From NCBI RefSeq assembly GCF_009914755.1, contig NC_060925.1: 64,000 bases of DNA, one strand, 5' to 3'. Shown here one piece after another: positions 51,823 through 64,000 of the stretch; the stretch's first letter is position 1, and the number at the start of each line of letters is the position of its first letter. Made by a program: the position numbers and the translations under genes. Below the pieces are notes generated by a model that did no database searches, was not told the DNA's origin, and saw only the letters and a program-made list of their open reading frames with translations. The stretch is from the human T2T-CHM13v2.0 reference genome, Homo sapiens.

Positions 51823-52879
51823 CAAATCACTACCTTCAGAGGGCTTTACTCTCTAGGTGGGGAGAGAAACAAGAAAAGAGGTAGTTTGCTAGACTTTCAT
51901 AGCTTCTCCATGAGACAAACATGGGCTGTGGGAGCCACCAGGGCTATGTATGAGTGGAGTGTCCCTCAGTCCTTAAGAAGAGGGTGGGCTGACATGTCGG
52001 AGTTGGGTGGTTGGTGTAATAGCAGAGAATACCTTTGTTCTCACGAGTCAACATTCTCAGTTACTTCCAGCCATTTACTACTTCCAGTCTCTAATGCCTT
52101 CTAGTACCTCTATCCCCTGCTTTTAGATAACTTACCTAATATCCACCCATCTATCTCTCTATCCATCCATCCACCCAAGCATAACTACAGTGTTGCCATC
52201 TCTTCCAGCAGGAAAGCTAAATCAGCATGGTCTATGTTTAAGGTCCTAGGAGTTCCATGCAGTTATGCCTTGGGTGCAAGGTCAATTCAAGACATCATCA
52301 TGTAGGGCAGCCAACTCTCTCTACCTTGAAGCTGACAGAAAGTTTTTGGAGGGGAAATTTAGCAAGATCCAGAGGGAGGGACAGACAGGAGGGAGAAAAC
52401 CAAGGTGGAAGGTCGTCTTCGTAGGACCACAGCCTCTGCTCTGAGTCAGGTGTTCTTGATGACAAGAACATCCTGCTGACTCTTCTGGGAGCAAGGAGTG
52501 GGGCTCTTCTTTTCTCGTGCAGTAAGTTTTGCATGAGAGATGTGAGGTTAAAAGGCAGACTTACTAATTATGCTGCTCATTCATACCTTCATTCAGCTCA
52601 TTGCCAGTCCTGTGCTAGTCGCAGAGATGCCCGGGACTCATCCCTGCCCTCAAACAACAGATGGTCTCATACTAACAATTGCTTCATGCTGGGAGTCTTC
52701 TGTGGTACTCAGGTGAGTTCCTCTCTGGCTATCAGTCCTCAGCGCCAAACATGAGATGAATCCAAGTCTGGCTTCTCTCAGAGTTGAGGGTCCAGTCCTG
52801 ATGCAAATAATACTAATAATTTCATTATTTTTGCTAATTCTGCCAAATCCCATTATTTTGGCACTTTACTTTCTAAATA

Positions 52880-53990
52880 CAAAGTAATTCTTGGTTAATT
52901 TAGAAAATTTGGACTGCACACAGGAAAATACAAAGGAAATAAAAATCAGTAACCCACTGCCAAGTGAAAAATCAAGTTAACATTTGGAAAATACATGTTT
53001 CTAGGTATATACACACACACACATTCATAGTGTTGTCTATATTGTTTTATGGCCTGCTTTTTTTCACTCAGCCATACATTATATTCTCTTATGTCAGTAA
53101 ATATTCTTCTACAACTTTGTTTTAATTATTCCATAGTATCCCTTATTATGGATATTTCATAATTTATTTAGCCAACTGCCTGTGGTTGGATATGCAGGTT
53201 ATTTTTAGTTTTCATTAACATAAATAATGCTTTATTGAATATACTTATACATACATAATTGCACATATATTCCCCTTGATCATTAAGACAAATTCCTAAA
53301 AGTAAAATTGCTGAGTCAAGGCTATGGATGCACATTTTTAAGGCTTTTGACAGATATTGCCAAATTGCCCTCTAAAAAGATTACACCGATTTAAGCTCCC
53401 TCCAGCAGTGTACAAGAATGCCCAATTCCCTATACTTGTTGTTGATTTAATTTGCATATCTTTGTTTCCAGTGAGATTAAATTTTTTCTTATATGTGTAT
53501 TGTCTATCTGTAATTTTTCTTTCGTGAATTGCCTATTGATGTCAATTGCCTATTTTTTATGGGGGTGCTTATCTTTTCCTTTTTGACTTCTGAGAACTCT
53601 TCTTGTACATCAACCTTTTGTCTATAATATATGTTTATTATATTTTCCCCAGTGTCTCATTTGCCTTTTAATTTTGCTTTTGATGTTTTTTAACCCAGTG
53701 AGGAATTTGTTTTTAACTAATCAAATTCATTAATCTTTTCCTTAGTTTTTGCTTAGAAATGCTTGAATGCTTAGTAATGTGTAGAAAGGCCTAACCACCC
53801 CAAGTTGATATAAACGTTCTCCTAGAATGTTCTGCTCATTCTTTTACGGTTTAAATTCTTTTGTATTTAACCCTTTAACCACCTGAAATTATTATGTTGC
53901 TTGTTATGCAGTAAAGCTGTAATGGCTATAACTTTAATTATTTTCCCAAAGAGTTAAGAAACTTTCCCAATGCTGTATCACCCTTTCTCC
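52880..53990 (-). mobile_element. L1ME-like 3' region
   Basis: aaattcctaaaagtaaaattgctgagtcaagg...gatattgccaaattgccctc...tccagcagtgtacaagaatgccc. Confidence 0.85.
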
Positions 53991-54241
53991 CCTGTTTTGA
54001 AGCAAATCTATGGGTGTAAACAATACCTGCTAGCTCTAGAGATAACAGTGATTTATTTGAATGGAGTTGTAAACTGAAGATGTGGTGGGGGCATCTTTGC
54101 CTCAGTTGGGTCCCTGGAGTCTATGGCTATTTATCCAACAATATTTACGAAGTGCCTACAATGTGCACTCTGGGAGGTGCTGGGAAAAGAGGGGAGTAAG
54201 AGAACATTTCTGCTCAGTCTTTCTGGTGTCTGTACCAGATA

Positions 54242-54712
54242 TGTAGGAGATGCTGTGGTGTATCATGCAGAGCCCTCTACAGGACACAGCCAAGGCACTT
54301 ATTTACCGAGTGGTCAAGAATGTTACCTGCTGACAGCTTACAGTTCCCTCCCTAGAATTTCCCTCCTTCCCCCAAAGGGTACTGCCTGGCCCAAGTTATG
54401 TACACTCCCTGGGGACAGCCCAAATCCTACAACTGGTCTATGAGTAGAATCAAAGGCCCAACCCCCTTACCTTAATTCAGGACAACTCTGAAGGGCCACC
54501 CAGCTCCAGCGCTCCCTGTGGGAACTGCTGAGGTCTCCATTAAAACTACTACATCCCAACTCAACCTCTCTCTCTGCCCAGTCCTGTTTCCCTCATTTGT
54601 CCCCTTCCAGATGTTCTTGAAACCACTCGCTCCTCCCATACTCTGCACAATAAAGTCCCTGTATGCAAATTTCCATCTCAGAGTCTGTTTCCCTGAGAAC
54701 CCCACCTGAGAC
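54242..54712 (+). mobile_element. LTR16 (ERVL) solo LTR
   Basis: tgtaggagatgctgtggtg...aataaa...catctcagagtctgtttccctgagaaccccacctgagaca. Confidence 0.85.
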
Positions 54713-55329
54713 AAGGTGCAAGGTTGTGGCTTTTGCAAGGCTGAAGAGGGGTGGATGAGAGGGTGACCCCTGGGCCATAGCAGGTTGGCCTGGGCAAGGC
54801 TCAACCCAGCAGGCTTGGCTCCATCATCTTCATCTTCACAAGAACTTTACACATCAGGCTGTATCTCTTGAATTATATAATGGGCTCTGAATAGAAGAAG
54901 GACAATTTAGCATGAAAATTATGAGTTTGAGTTTTAGCAACAGAATTATGGTTTCAGAAGTCCTCTCCTGGACAAACTTGCAACAATTAGGCCATGAGCT
55001 CAAGGACAAGATACTAATAAAATGTCACAATTTAATTGGCTTGTTCTCACCCATTCCCACTGGGTGGTGCTTCATTTCCCTGACCTGAACAAAACTGGGC
55101 GCTTGTACTTTAAGCTTTAAACATAACTAGGCTCTTCTCTTAGGAATATTCACATAATTGCTTCCATTTCTTGGTGGCTGTTGACATGCATGTGTGTGTG
55201 TGTGTCCGTGAAGCATGTGTGTGTGTGTTTATAGGAGGCTAAAGCCTCAGACTGAGGACTAGACTCCTCTTTAGTTCAATCACCACAAAGGAGACAGAAA
55301 CATCCCAGCTCCTCCTGAGTTTTCTACAT

Positions 55330-55900
55330 GTAATCACACACTTTGCTTTTTCCCTTTTGGCTATAGCAAACCCAACTTTACAAGCCCAGACAATAAGATT
55401 TATTACCTCATATTACAATCAGGCCAGAGGCAGGCAAGCTCTGGGTTGATTAATTTAAAAGCCCACCGATGGCATCGAGGAGGACCTAGGCTTTTTTTAT
55501 ATTTTCTCTCTGCCATCCAGGATATCTTGGCTTCATCTGAAGTCTGATTTTCCCCATAGCTCTACAGCCATTTCCAGCCATCGTATCTAGACTTGTTGAC
55601 ACTGAGAAAAAGACAGCACCTTCTCTTCTCTGGGTATGCTTTTAAGAGCGGGTAGATCTCTCTTAGAAGCAATCCTGCAGATGTTCCTCCCAGATTACTG
55701 TCCAGAGTTGATTCCCAGTCATTGACAATGGGGATGGGATTAGTTTAGACTCATCAGGATGCACCACTCAGGGTTGTGTCCACTTCCTCCAAGGCACATG
55801 GGCAAGTTGGGGAAGGTGGATATCCAACAAAATAGGGGTTCCACTGAAAAGGAGGGAAGCAGGGGTGGGAACAGATATTGAGGGTTGGCAACCACCCTGT
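55330..55900 (-). mobile_element. MLT1K/L-like LTR
   Basis: gatttattacctcatattac...ccaacaaaataggggttcc...ttgagggttggcaaccac. Confidence 0.65.
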
Positions 55901-57190
55901 CTGCCACCCTTACCAGCTCACATGGGCAAAGGCAGAGCAAGAATGGTTTGCTTCAAGGCAGTGCAGGGGAGACCTGCAGGGCAGGATGGAAGGTAAGAGG
56001 AAAGGAGGACTCTCACATTTCACAAGTGAATCCCCTTGTGTCCAGCTGCTCTCCCCTGCTGTCTGCCCCTCACCAGCTGGGATCCAAGCCCTGCTCTGTT
56101 TGTCATGAAATCTTGAGCACATCCCATTTTGCTCCATTCTTAAAGATCTGTAGTTGAGTGATCACAGGAGGAACGGCTGGCTGGGAGTAAGACAAAGAAA
56201 TATCTGAAGAGCGCAGGTCTCTCTGAGCTGCCCATAGATCTTCTAAGACTTTGAGGTGATTACAAACAGCCCCTAATATCTTTGGGCAGATCTTTAGCAT
56301 AATCTTTAGACTGTGCTGGTTGGAATAAAGATTAGTAGGGATAAAAGACATCCAAAAGAGGAGAAGAGGGTGTCACAATCAAACACTGAGCTACCCTGTT
56401 TGTCCCTTGCCCATTGGCCCAGACAAGCCACATACTAGAGTTATTAAAACACTCGCAAAGATGGTTACCAAGCCACAGTTTGTTGATATTTAAGGAATCA
56501 TGCAAGTCTGGAAGTGACTGGAAGTCTGGAAACAGGTAAATGTCATTCACATTTTCAGTCATCATAGGGGGCAAGTTCTATAAGCCATTATCTCAACCCA
56601 GAAAAGGGTATCCGGTGTCTGTAGGGACTGGACTGTGAGTGCCCAGACAAGGATGCGAGGCTCACTGCTGGTCTGCCTGGGTGCATTTAGAATAAGTCAT
56701 GTCAGACTGACCTGATTTCCTTCTTTGCCAGGGCCACTTGAGTATTGAGAGCAGGGACATGTGGTAGACACAAGGTCAGTTCCTGCATGACCTAGCTCTA
56801 CCCTGCTGCACACTACTGAAAGTCTCAAGTCTCTCAAGCCAGTCTTGCTCAATCTTGGCAGTGAATTCGGTGCTGCAGAGGTGTTAGTCTGGTCCACCAA
56901 TTTTGCCTTCTGCTGGGATATGCCGGCACTATTCACCAAGGACCTGAAACCAAGACACTGGGCTTCTGAGCCCACGGTCATGCACTCACTCATTCACCTA
57001 TTCAGTTTCTCATGCATCCATCTACTGCCAAGAATTTACAAGTGCTCCCTGTGTGATAGGAAGGAAGCTCAATTCTGAGGACACGGTGAGTAATGAAACA
57101 GACACCGTCCCTCCATATGTGGCTCATGCAGTCCAGTGGGGGCAGAAAGGGAAGGTCACCACATCCACTCCCCTGCGTTTGGATGACAAG

Positions 57191-57351
57191 AGCAGTTTTC
57201 AAATTTTAGTGTACACAGAAATCGCCTGGGGCTCTTATTAAAATGCAGATTTTGATTAAGCAGACCTGGGACAGATCTGAGGTTCTGCATATTGGAGAAA
57301 CTTCCAGAGGAAACTCATGTCCTTCATCCTTGGACCACACTTTGAGTAGCA
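57191..57351. mobile_element. MER5A (hAT-Charlie MITE)
   Basis: cagttttcaaattttagtgtacacagaaatcgcctgggg...ggaccacactttgagtagca. Confidence 0.85.
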
Positions 57352-57689
57352 GGAGACTAGAGCACCTTGCGGGGTGGAGGGTGCTAATTCTCTGTCCTAA
57401 GAAGGCAAAGCCCCAGCCATCTTGGCAACAGTCTGGTATCAGATATCTGCTCATGAGTGCCACCCTCCAATATGTCTAGAATATCTATCCATCATCAACC
57501 TCAGCAGGGAAATTACTTCACTCTGGCCAGGTTAGTACTGGTTCTCTGGAGGCTCTTTTGCACATGTGTAGAATCTCTGAGCTCCAAGAATAATGTGGGG
57601 AAGATGGTACAGAGCTTGGCAATTCAACCAATTTACATCTTTCTTTGCCGTCTGTGTCTGCTCATCCTCCTCCTCATCAATCATCCTCA

Positions 57690-57945
57690 TTGTAGCTAAC
57701 ACTTAACCTCACACTTCCCACAAGCCAAGCATGTTCTTATCATATTACCATTGGCATTAACATATTTAAATCCCACAATCAAGCCTGTGAGGGAAGTACT
57801 GCTAATAGGTAGGTATGTATTAGTACTCCCATTTTGTTAGTTGGGGAATCTAGGCACAGAGAGGTTAAATAACTTGCCCAAATTCACACAGCTGACAAAA
57901 AATCTGGGCTTCCTGGCTCCAAAGGCCATGCTGTCAACCGTTAGC
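57690..57945 (-). mobile_element. MIR
   Basis: aggcacagagaggttaaataacttgcccaaattcacacagctg. Confidence 0.85.
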
Positions 57946-60900
57946 CTCTACATTTTATTGGAGACTATAAAAAGACTTTGCATTCTTCCATTGAGAATTC
58001 CAATGAAACAAGCCAAAGCTAAACAGGGGAGAACCTCTGATTCCTCTCTGACAGGTCTCTGCTGTGGCACAGCTTGGGAGGAGGAAGAAGAGGAGGCTGT
58101 GGACAGGCAGAGACAAGCAGAGTTGGGATGCATTGACTGGAATACTTTGGAATCTTGGTGAGATTAGATCTGCCTATTAAATTGTAACTTGTGAGTGGAT
58201 TTGGGGAGCTAAGGGGAGGTGGAGGTGTGGAGGTGGAATGTGGTTGCTCTTGCATAAAGTATGGGCCGCACAGGAGACAAATGCCCTGGCTCTCCTTGCA
58301 GAAGCTGGAAAGTGATACAGTCTAGGTGTGCAAGACGGTGGGCACCCAGTGGTCCTGAGTCCAAATGGGTAATTCTCTTTTTTTACTCAGTGTGGGGACC
58401 ACTGTAGGGGCCCCTGTGGGTAGATCTGACTGAAGAGGCGCCCTGGGGAAGCCAGCCACAATATCACTTTCTTCTCCACTCTAGCCTCTGCTTCCCAAAC
58501 ATTTTCTCAGTGTGGGATTGATGCCCTGGAGGCAGAGGGGGAACAGGAAATGAAAACCCCATGAAAAATGCAATGACTTCATTTTAAATGTATTAAAGAG
58601 CCTGCTCATTTATATTACTGTTGTCCCCAAACAATTTTATAAGCTTAACCTGACTTAAGTTTTGCCTTGGGTTTCCCAAACCAGCTTTGATTTGTGGGGA
58701 TAATTCACGACTACATGGAGACAAACTTTGCTCTAAATATGCTATCCCTAGCTGAATCCTCACAAAGATCAGGCTGACGAAAGGCCCATCAGATCACCCA
58801 GGCCTCAGAGGCTGGTACTGGGGCCAGGTGAGTGCAGTGGTGTGGGCCATCTGACCCTGGATGTTGCTGCTGTACATGACATGAAGTGAGCCCAAATGCA
58901 GCACAACCCCCCAGATTCCTCTGACACTAGCATCCAGCCCTTGCTTACCCTGTAGGTGCATGCAGCCCTTGCTTAACCTTACACATCAGGGAAGAAGGCA
59001 ATTTCAGGGATAAATGAGCCACAATTTTCCCCTTTCCTTCTAATGTTCCATGAGACCCAAAGTTTCTAACTTTGTGTCTCTGGAACTCTATTTTCTGCTT
59101 CTGAAAAGTGGAAGAAAACTTTTGCTTTTGAGTAGCGTTTATGAAGAGACAGAGGCTCCCCTACGTAAGCCTTTCTAAGCTTTGGGAAGTTGGGCCACTC
59201 ATGTCCCCTCTCTGGGCCCTAGAGTCCTAGTCTGTAAAACAAGAGGATTGGGCTAGATGGCTTTCAAAAACACTCACCTTCATTGAATTAGTGAGCATGT
59301 CAGTTAATGGGAACTTCAGGTGGGGGTGGCAGAAAATGGGGCTGGAGAGGCAGTGAGGGAGTAGAAGGTGCTGGAGTTTGGGCTGGTGGGGTGGGGACTG
59401 GTGCAGCGACACTGCAGAGAAGTATATGCCCTATGAACCTGCAATCCCACATGGAAATTCTCACACCAATCCAAAGGGGACATGTACAATAATATGCATG
59501 GCACATGCGATTTGTCAGGGAGAGAGCTGGAGGTGAGCTTAGTGTCCGTGCAAGGCAGTGGAAGTGATGGAACTAAGTGTATGTGCACCAACATGAACAG
59601 AATTTAACACAGTGAATGAAAAAATAAGAAACACGTCAAGGTCTTAATACACTATTGCTTATGCAGATGAAAACAATTCTTATTTTCCAAAGGTTCATGC
59701 AAGCTCAAGGATACCCATACAACATGTGTGTGTGGCTGCCTATAATAGGGAGAATAGTGACAAAAGAGAATACACATCAATCAGAAAGATCCTGACATTA
59801 GTCCCCCACAGACCAAGGATTATTTGACCTTGATTAACTTGACCTTTTGCACGCCGGGTCCACAAAAGAGCTCCAAACAAACAAAACAAAAATCCTACAC
59901 TAACAACTAAAAGCATTCCTGTGTAGGTGATGGGAAACAAAAGAAAAATATTTTTGTTCTTTGTTTCTGTTTCTGTAAGCAGGAGAGTGATAAAATTTTA
60001 CTTATGTTTTAGAAAGACTTCTCAGGTGCTTATGAAAAGAAGGGACTCCGGAGAGGGAGGGTCTGGGGTTGGGGAGGCCTGTGAGGAGGCTGCAGCCAAG
60101 TCTAGGGGTCAGTGGTAAGGCCTGAATGAAGGTCATGGCCAGGTGGGGTTGGGATGGGGAGGGGCAGGTAAACCTCCACGATTAGGCCCTTTGAGAAGGG
60201 TACAGGCTTGTGAGCTTCTGGGTCACCTGGTGGGTCACAGAGGAGGCCAGTTCTGGTGTACGGGACAAGATTATGGACCCGACCAGACTTGGGCAGGGGC
60301 AGTAAGGAAGTAGAACCTGGGCGGACTACTCTGGAGTAGCTCAGTCCCTTTGGGAGAACACACAAGACCCCAGGGCCAGGAGGGCATCCCCAGAGGCTGA
60401 GCTGAGAGGTGCCCATAGACAGGGCACCTGGGGCTAGGAAACAGGGTTAGGTGCTGCTTGCAGGTGCTGTGTGGACAGGGAAGAGGAACTGGATTGGATT
60501 ATTTTGTCCTTCGCCTGATTCATATTCTCCTTCTGACTCAGCCCATTCATCAAGCCCTATGTGACAGGGGCTTTCCATCCATTACCACATGTAATCCTCA
60601 TGCCATCTTTACAAGGTTAGAGCTACAGAGGTCAACCTTGACCCTGGGCTTTTAACCAGATTCGCACCCTGCCCCACATAGGTGCCTTACCCAGCTCCCG
60701 GCAAGCACTGCGGACCTTTCTATCTTGTCCACTCTTTCCTTATGCCTTGCCTGGCTCCACTCCTCTTACCTTGCTTGTTTCTTGAACTCCACCCTGGAAA
60801 ACATTGCCTCCCCAGCTCCCCAAAGGCACATCTTATTCCTATCATCTGGCTCCTCCCTATCCTGTCCATTTATCTCTGACCATCAAGACCCTGAAGCTTT

Positions 60901-61469
60901 TCTAGCAATTGTCAGTCAGGCAGGTGAATTGGCTCTTGTAAGGCCACACAGCCAGGGCAAGTGGGTTGAATTCAGGGGCAGTGACTCCAGGTGCAGCACT
61001 CTGGACACTCTCTGGGCTATGGGGAAAGAGAGCCAGGATGGCCCTGAGGTCAAGCTGCTGATCTCCAGAGACCCTGCTGTTTGCTCCCTGCCCGGATCCT
61101 GGGAGTCACTGGAAACAGAGCTCAGAGGAAATGTCTTTCCATGGCAGATGAGCCTCAAAGTCGATTTCCCAGGAGGAGCCCAACAAGGTCCTTGAAACGT
61201 GGACATCAAGGAGGAAAATCAATTGTCTTTTAAGTTTTCACCTTGATGATTGATCTGCTGCTTCCAGCCCCTTTTTTCTCTCTCTCAAGTCTGCAGACGT
61301 GGCCTCTCTCCTTTCACATTTTTCCCCTCTCATCTTTAAAGTGTAGGGTTTCCTGATTCTGATCTGAAATACACTGCCTCATGCAAACTGACCAGATATT
61401 GGTCACATGATTCCGAACTTTTTATTTTCTCTGAAGGAGGCCATAGTTAGCCCATAGCAGGGACTCATG

Positions 61470-61700
61470 TTTGTCTGGTCCCTGCTATGTGCCGGGTCTT
61501 TTTGCAAGCATAGCATCACCTCATAGTTAATTCTCCCCCAAAGCCTGTCCAGATGGATTTTATTGACTCCAGATCTCAGATAAGGACACCAGAATTCAGG
61601 GGAGAGAAGCAAACTGCCTGATACCATACACATGGTTTGCAGGTGGTAAGGCAGAACTGAAACAGAAACAGTGCTTGTCTGCCTCCTTTCTCAGAACCAG
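61470..61700 (-). mobile_element. MIR
   Basis: ctcagataaggacaccagaattcagggga...ggtggtaaggcagaactg. Confidence 0.6.
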
Positions 61701-61827
61701 GACTGAGCACCCCAAGTGGAATGGGCACTTCAGCTGGGCAGTGTTAGAATCTCCCTTGACCTTGACCACAAAGAGGTTGAGTTATTTAGGAAACCAGCTC
61801 CTAAAAAATAGAGGGCTGTGGGGTGCT

Positions 61828-62200
61828 GTTCATTCATTCAGTATATACTAAATACCACCTCTTTTCCCAGGCACTCTGCAGGGCACGGAGGGCAGATACA
61901 TGAGCAATATAGAGATTCCTTTCTCTGCAGACATTATGGTCTAGTAGGAAAGCTGACTAAGAAAACATGACCAAGTGAGGTAAGAGCTGTTGTAGGGGAA
62001 GTACAAGGCATTTGGGAGTATACACCAAGGACTTCCAATCTCATTCAAGGAACAATTGGAAAAGGAGTCCCAAAGAAGAGGCTGATAATCTGAGATTACC
62101 ACTTTGCTATAGAATGGGTAAGAGTTAATCTGGCCAAGTGGAGCAGTGGGATTGGGGCGGGTGTGCCCATCGGAGTGGGCAACAACAATCACAGTGAAAC
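61828..62200 (-). mobile_element. L2 (further pieces at ~62590-62760 and 63250-63700)
   Basis: ttcattcattcagtatatactaaatacc...ccaggcactctg. Confidence 0.65.
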
Positions 62201-62400
62201 TTCAATGTCTTCCACCATGAGCCAGGTAAGTCCCTTAGGACAGGGACTGTTCTAAGCACTTGACATGTGTTAAGTCATTTAATTCTCACAGAAGCGCCAT
62301 GATAGAAAGTCCAGAGGAAGAAAGAGGTTTAGTAGGTCTGAGGCAGATGCTTAGGGAGAGAGGATGCTGCAGAAAAAAGCAGGGACATAGACAAAGTAAA

Positions 62401-62582
62401 CAGGGTTGCCAATAAAATTCGAGATACTCAGTTTGAATTTCATATAAGCAACAAGTTTGTTTTTAATATAAGTATATCTCAAATATTGCATGAGATATAC
62501 TTATGCTAAAAGAATTGATGTTTATCTGCAATTCAAATATAAATGGGTGTCCTAGATTTCTATTTGTTAAATATGGCAACCT
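62401..62582. mobile_element. MER53 palindromic hAT MITE
   Basis: Terminal repeats agggttgcca...tggcaacct and internal palindrome tataagtatatctcaaatattgcatgagatatacttat. Confidence 0.9.
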
Positions 62583-63353
62583 TTGTTTGTGAGCCATGTT
62601 GAAGGGTTCAGCTGCTGGCCTCAGAGCAGTGAGGGCTCTTGGAAGGTTTTAAGGAGAGTGGCACGGCCAACTCTGTGCAGTAGAAAATCGCTTTGGCTGC
62701 ATTATGGAGAGAAGCCCAGAGGCAGGGAGGCAGTTTAAAGAGCACAGTTCTAAGTCTATGGAAAGCACCTGTTCTCCAGGTCACAGCACACATCAGCCAA
62801 GCGTGTTGCTACGTTTCCCATGCCCATCTCAAGTAGCCCAGGTGCTCACTAAGTAAGCATTGAGCACCTGCAACATGGAGATCCCAGAACGGCTTTTGAA
62901 CCTGGTTAGACCAGTGCCACGATAAGTGATAGGCCCCTGAAGAGCCCAGGTAATGGGCTTCTAAATCAGGCCTTGGGCAGTGAGCCACAGAGCAAATCAA
63001 AGAAGGCTTTAGGGAGGCTTGAGCTGGGTTCTGATGGATGCATTAGGAATTCAGCTCTCTCTGCTACAGCTGCTAAAGTATATCCTAACTAACACTCTCT
63101 TAGACTGTGCCTGCTTCTGTACCCGTGGCTTTATGAGTTGGTCTGTGTGTAGTTGTATCTTCTACTTCATATTAAAGGAACATGTTTCCTTTTCCTGTGG
63201 CTATTGGCATCTTTCCATCAATCATATCACTGTCACCTTGAGACAGTCACACCCCAGGGAATAAGGGAAGGGTGTCCAAGCCATGGAAATGGCCTGTGCA
63301 CCAGTGTGGAGACAGAGAGCAGCATGATGCCTTCTGGAAAGTGTGAGGAGCTC

Positions 63354-63502
63354 TCTGGAATAGGAGGGGCTGGTGAATGAGGGGAACAGTAGTAAGAGCT
63401 GGCAAGACCAAGCTGGCAAGACCTAACAGTAGTAAGAGCTGGCAAGATCTGGAATTGGAGGGGCTGGTGGGTAAGGAGAACAGTAGTAAGAGCTGGCAAG
63501 CC
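63354..63502. repeat. Local tandem duplications (aacagtagtaagagctggcaag x3)
   Basis: The 22-mer occurs exactly three times; the ~55-bp block tctggaa..ggaggggctggtg.. occurs twice. Confidence 0.9.
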
Positions 63503-64000
63503 CTAGGTCATGAAGAGCTTTGTGCCTTAAGACATGGAAACTTTCACTAAATACTTGTGGAGAGACACTGAAGGATTGCAAGCATACGACTGACATGATC
63601 AGACAGGATGGTCTCAGGAACCACTCTGAAGACAACTCTGGCTGTGTTTTGGTTGTTCTCAGAAGACAACTCTGGCTGCATTTTGGAGGGTGGTTTGAAA
63701 AGAATCTACTGCTGCTGAGAGAACGTGAGAGCACTGGGTCTTGGAAGGAGACAGCAGCAAATCAGAGGAAAGAGACTCTTCTCTGGGTGTGTTTTGGAGC
63801 CACCCCTTTTCGCATTCAGGAAAGAGAGAAACCAAGAGACAGAGAATGCCAGAGAAAGGGTGGGGCCTGTTCTGTCTGTATTTACAAGTCTGAATTCACA
63901 TCCGTGGATTTTGAAGGTGTCTTTCCACCCAAGGACTTGAGAGCTGTTATAAGGCATAAAAGAGATTTCTCACTGTATTGGCTAAGCTTTTCCTGAAATC

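Overview
Primate (most likely human or great-ape, based on AluY) non-coding genomic DNA, either intergenic or deep intronic. I cannot place the locus. I see no credible protein-coding exon, CpG island, tRNA, rRNA or CRISPR array. The ORF track is explained by decayed transposons, one minisatellite and chance. Bases 1-17.2 kb are an AT-rich nest of LINE-1 elements, including a full-length dead L1PA15/16-type copy, plus MaLR (MST) elements. The remainder is more GC-rich and holds MIR, L2, MLT1, LTR16, Alu and hAT MITE copies. The structure a repeat annotation does not explain is a cluster of local self-copies. (1) Two unrelated ~395-bp inverted-repeat pairs: 30068-30459/31523-31918 (~91% identical) and 37960-38358/39655-40047 (~80%), each bracketing a 1.1-1.3 kb spacer. 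(2) A perfect palindrome with 43-bp arms (19737-19835). (3) A ~290-bp direct copy of an MLT1 segment placed inside a MIR 1.6 kb away. (4) An inverted MST-int fragment inside a neighbouring LTR. (5) An indel-free 30-bp minisatellite grown out of an MLT1F LTR. Repeat subfamily names and boundaries are from recalled consensus sequences and are approximate. Identities are hand counts.
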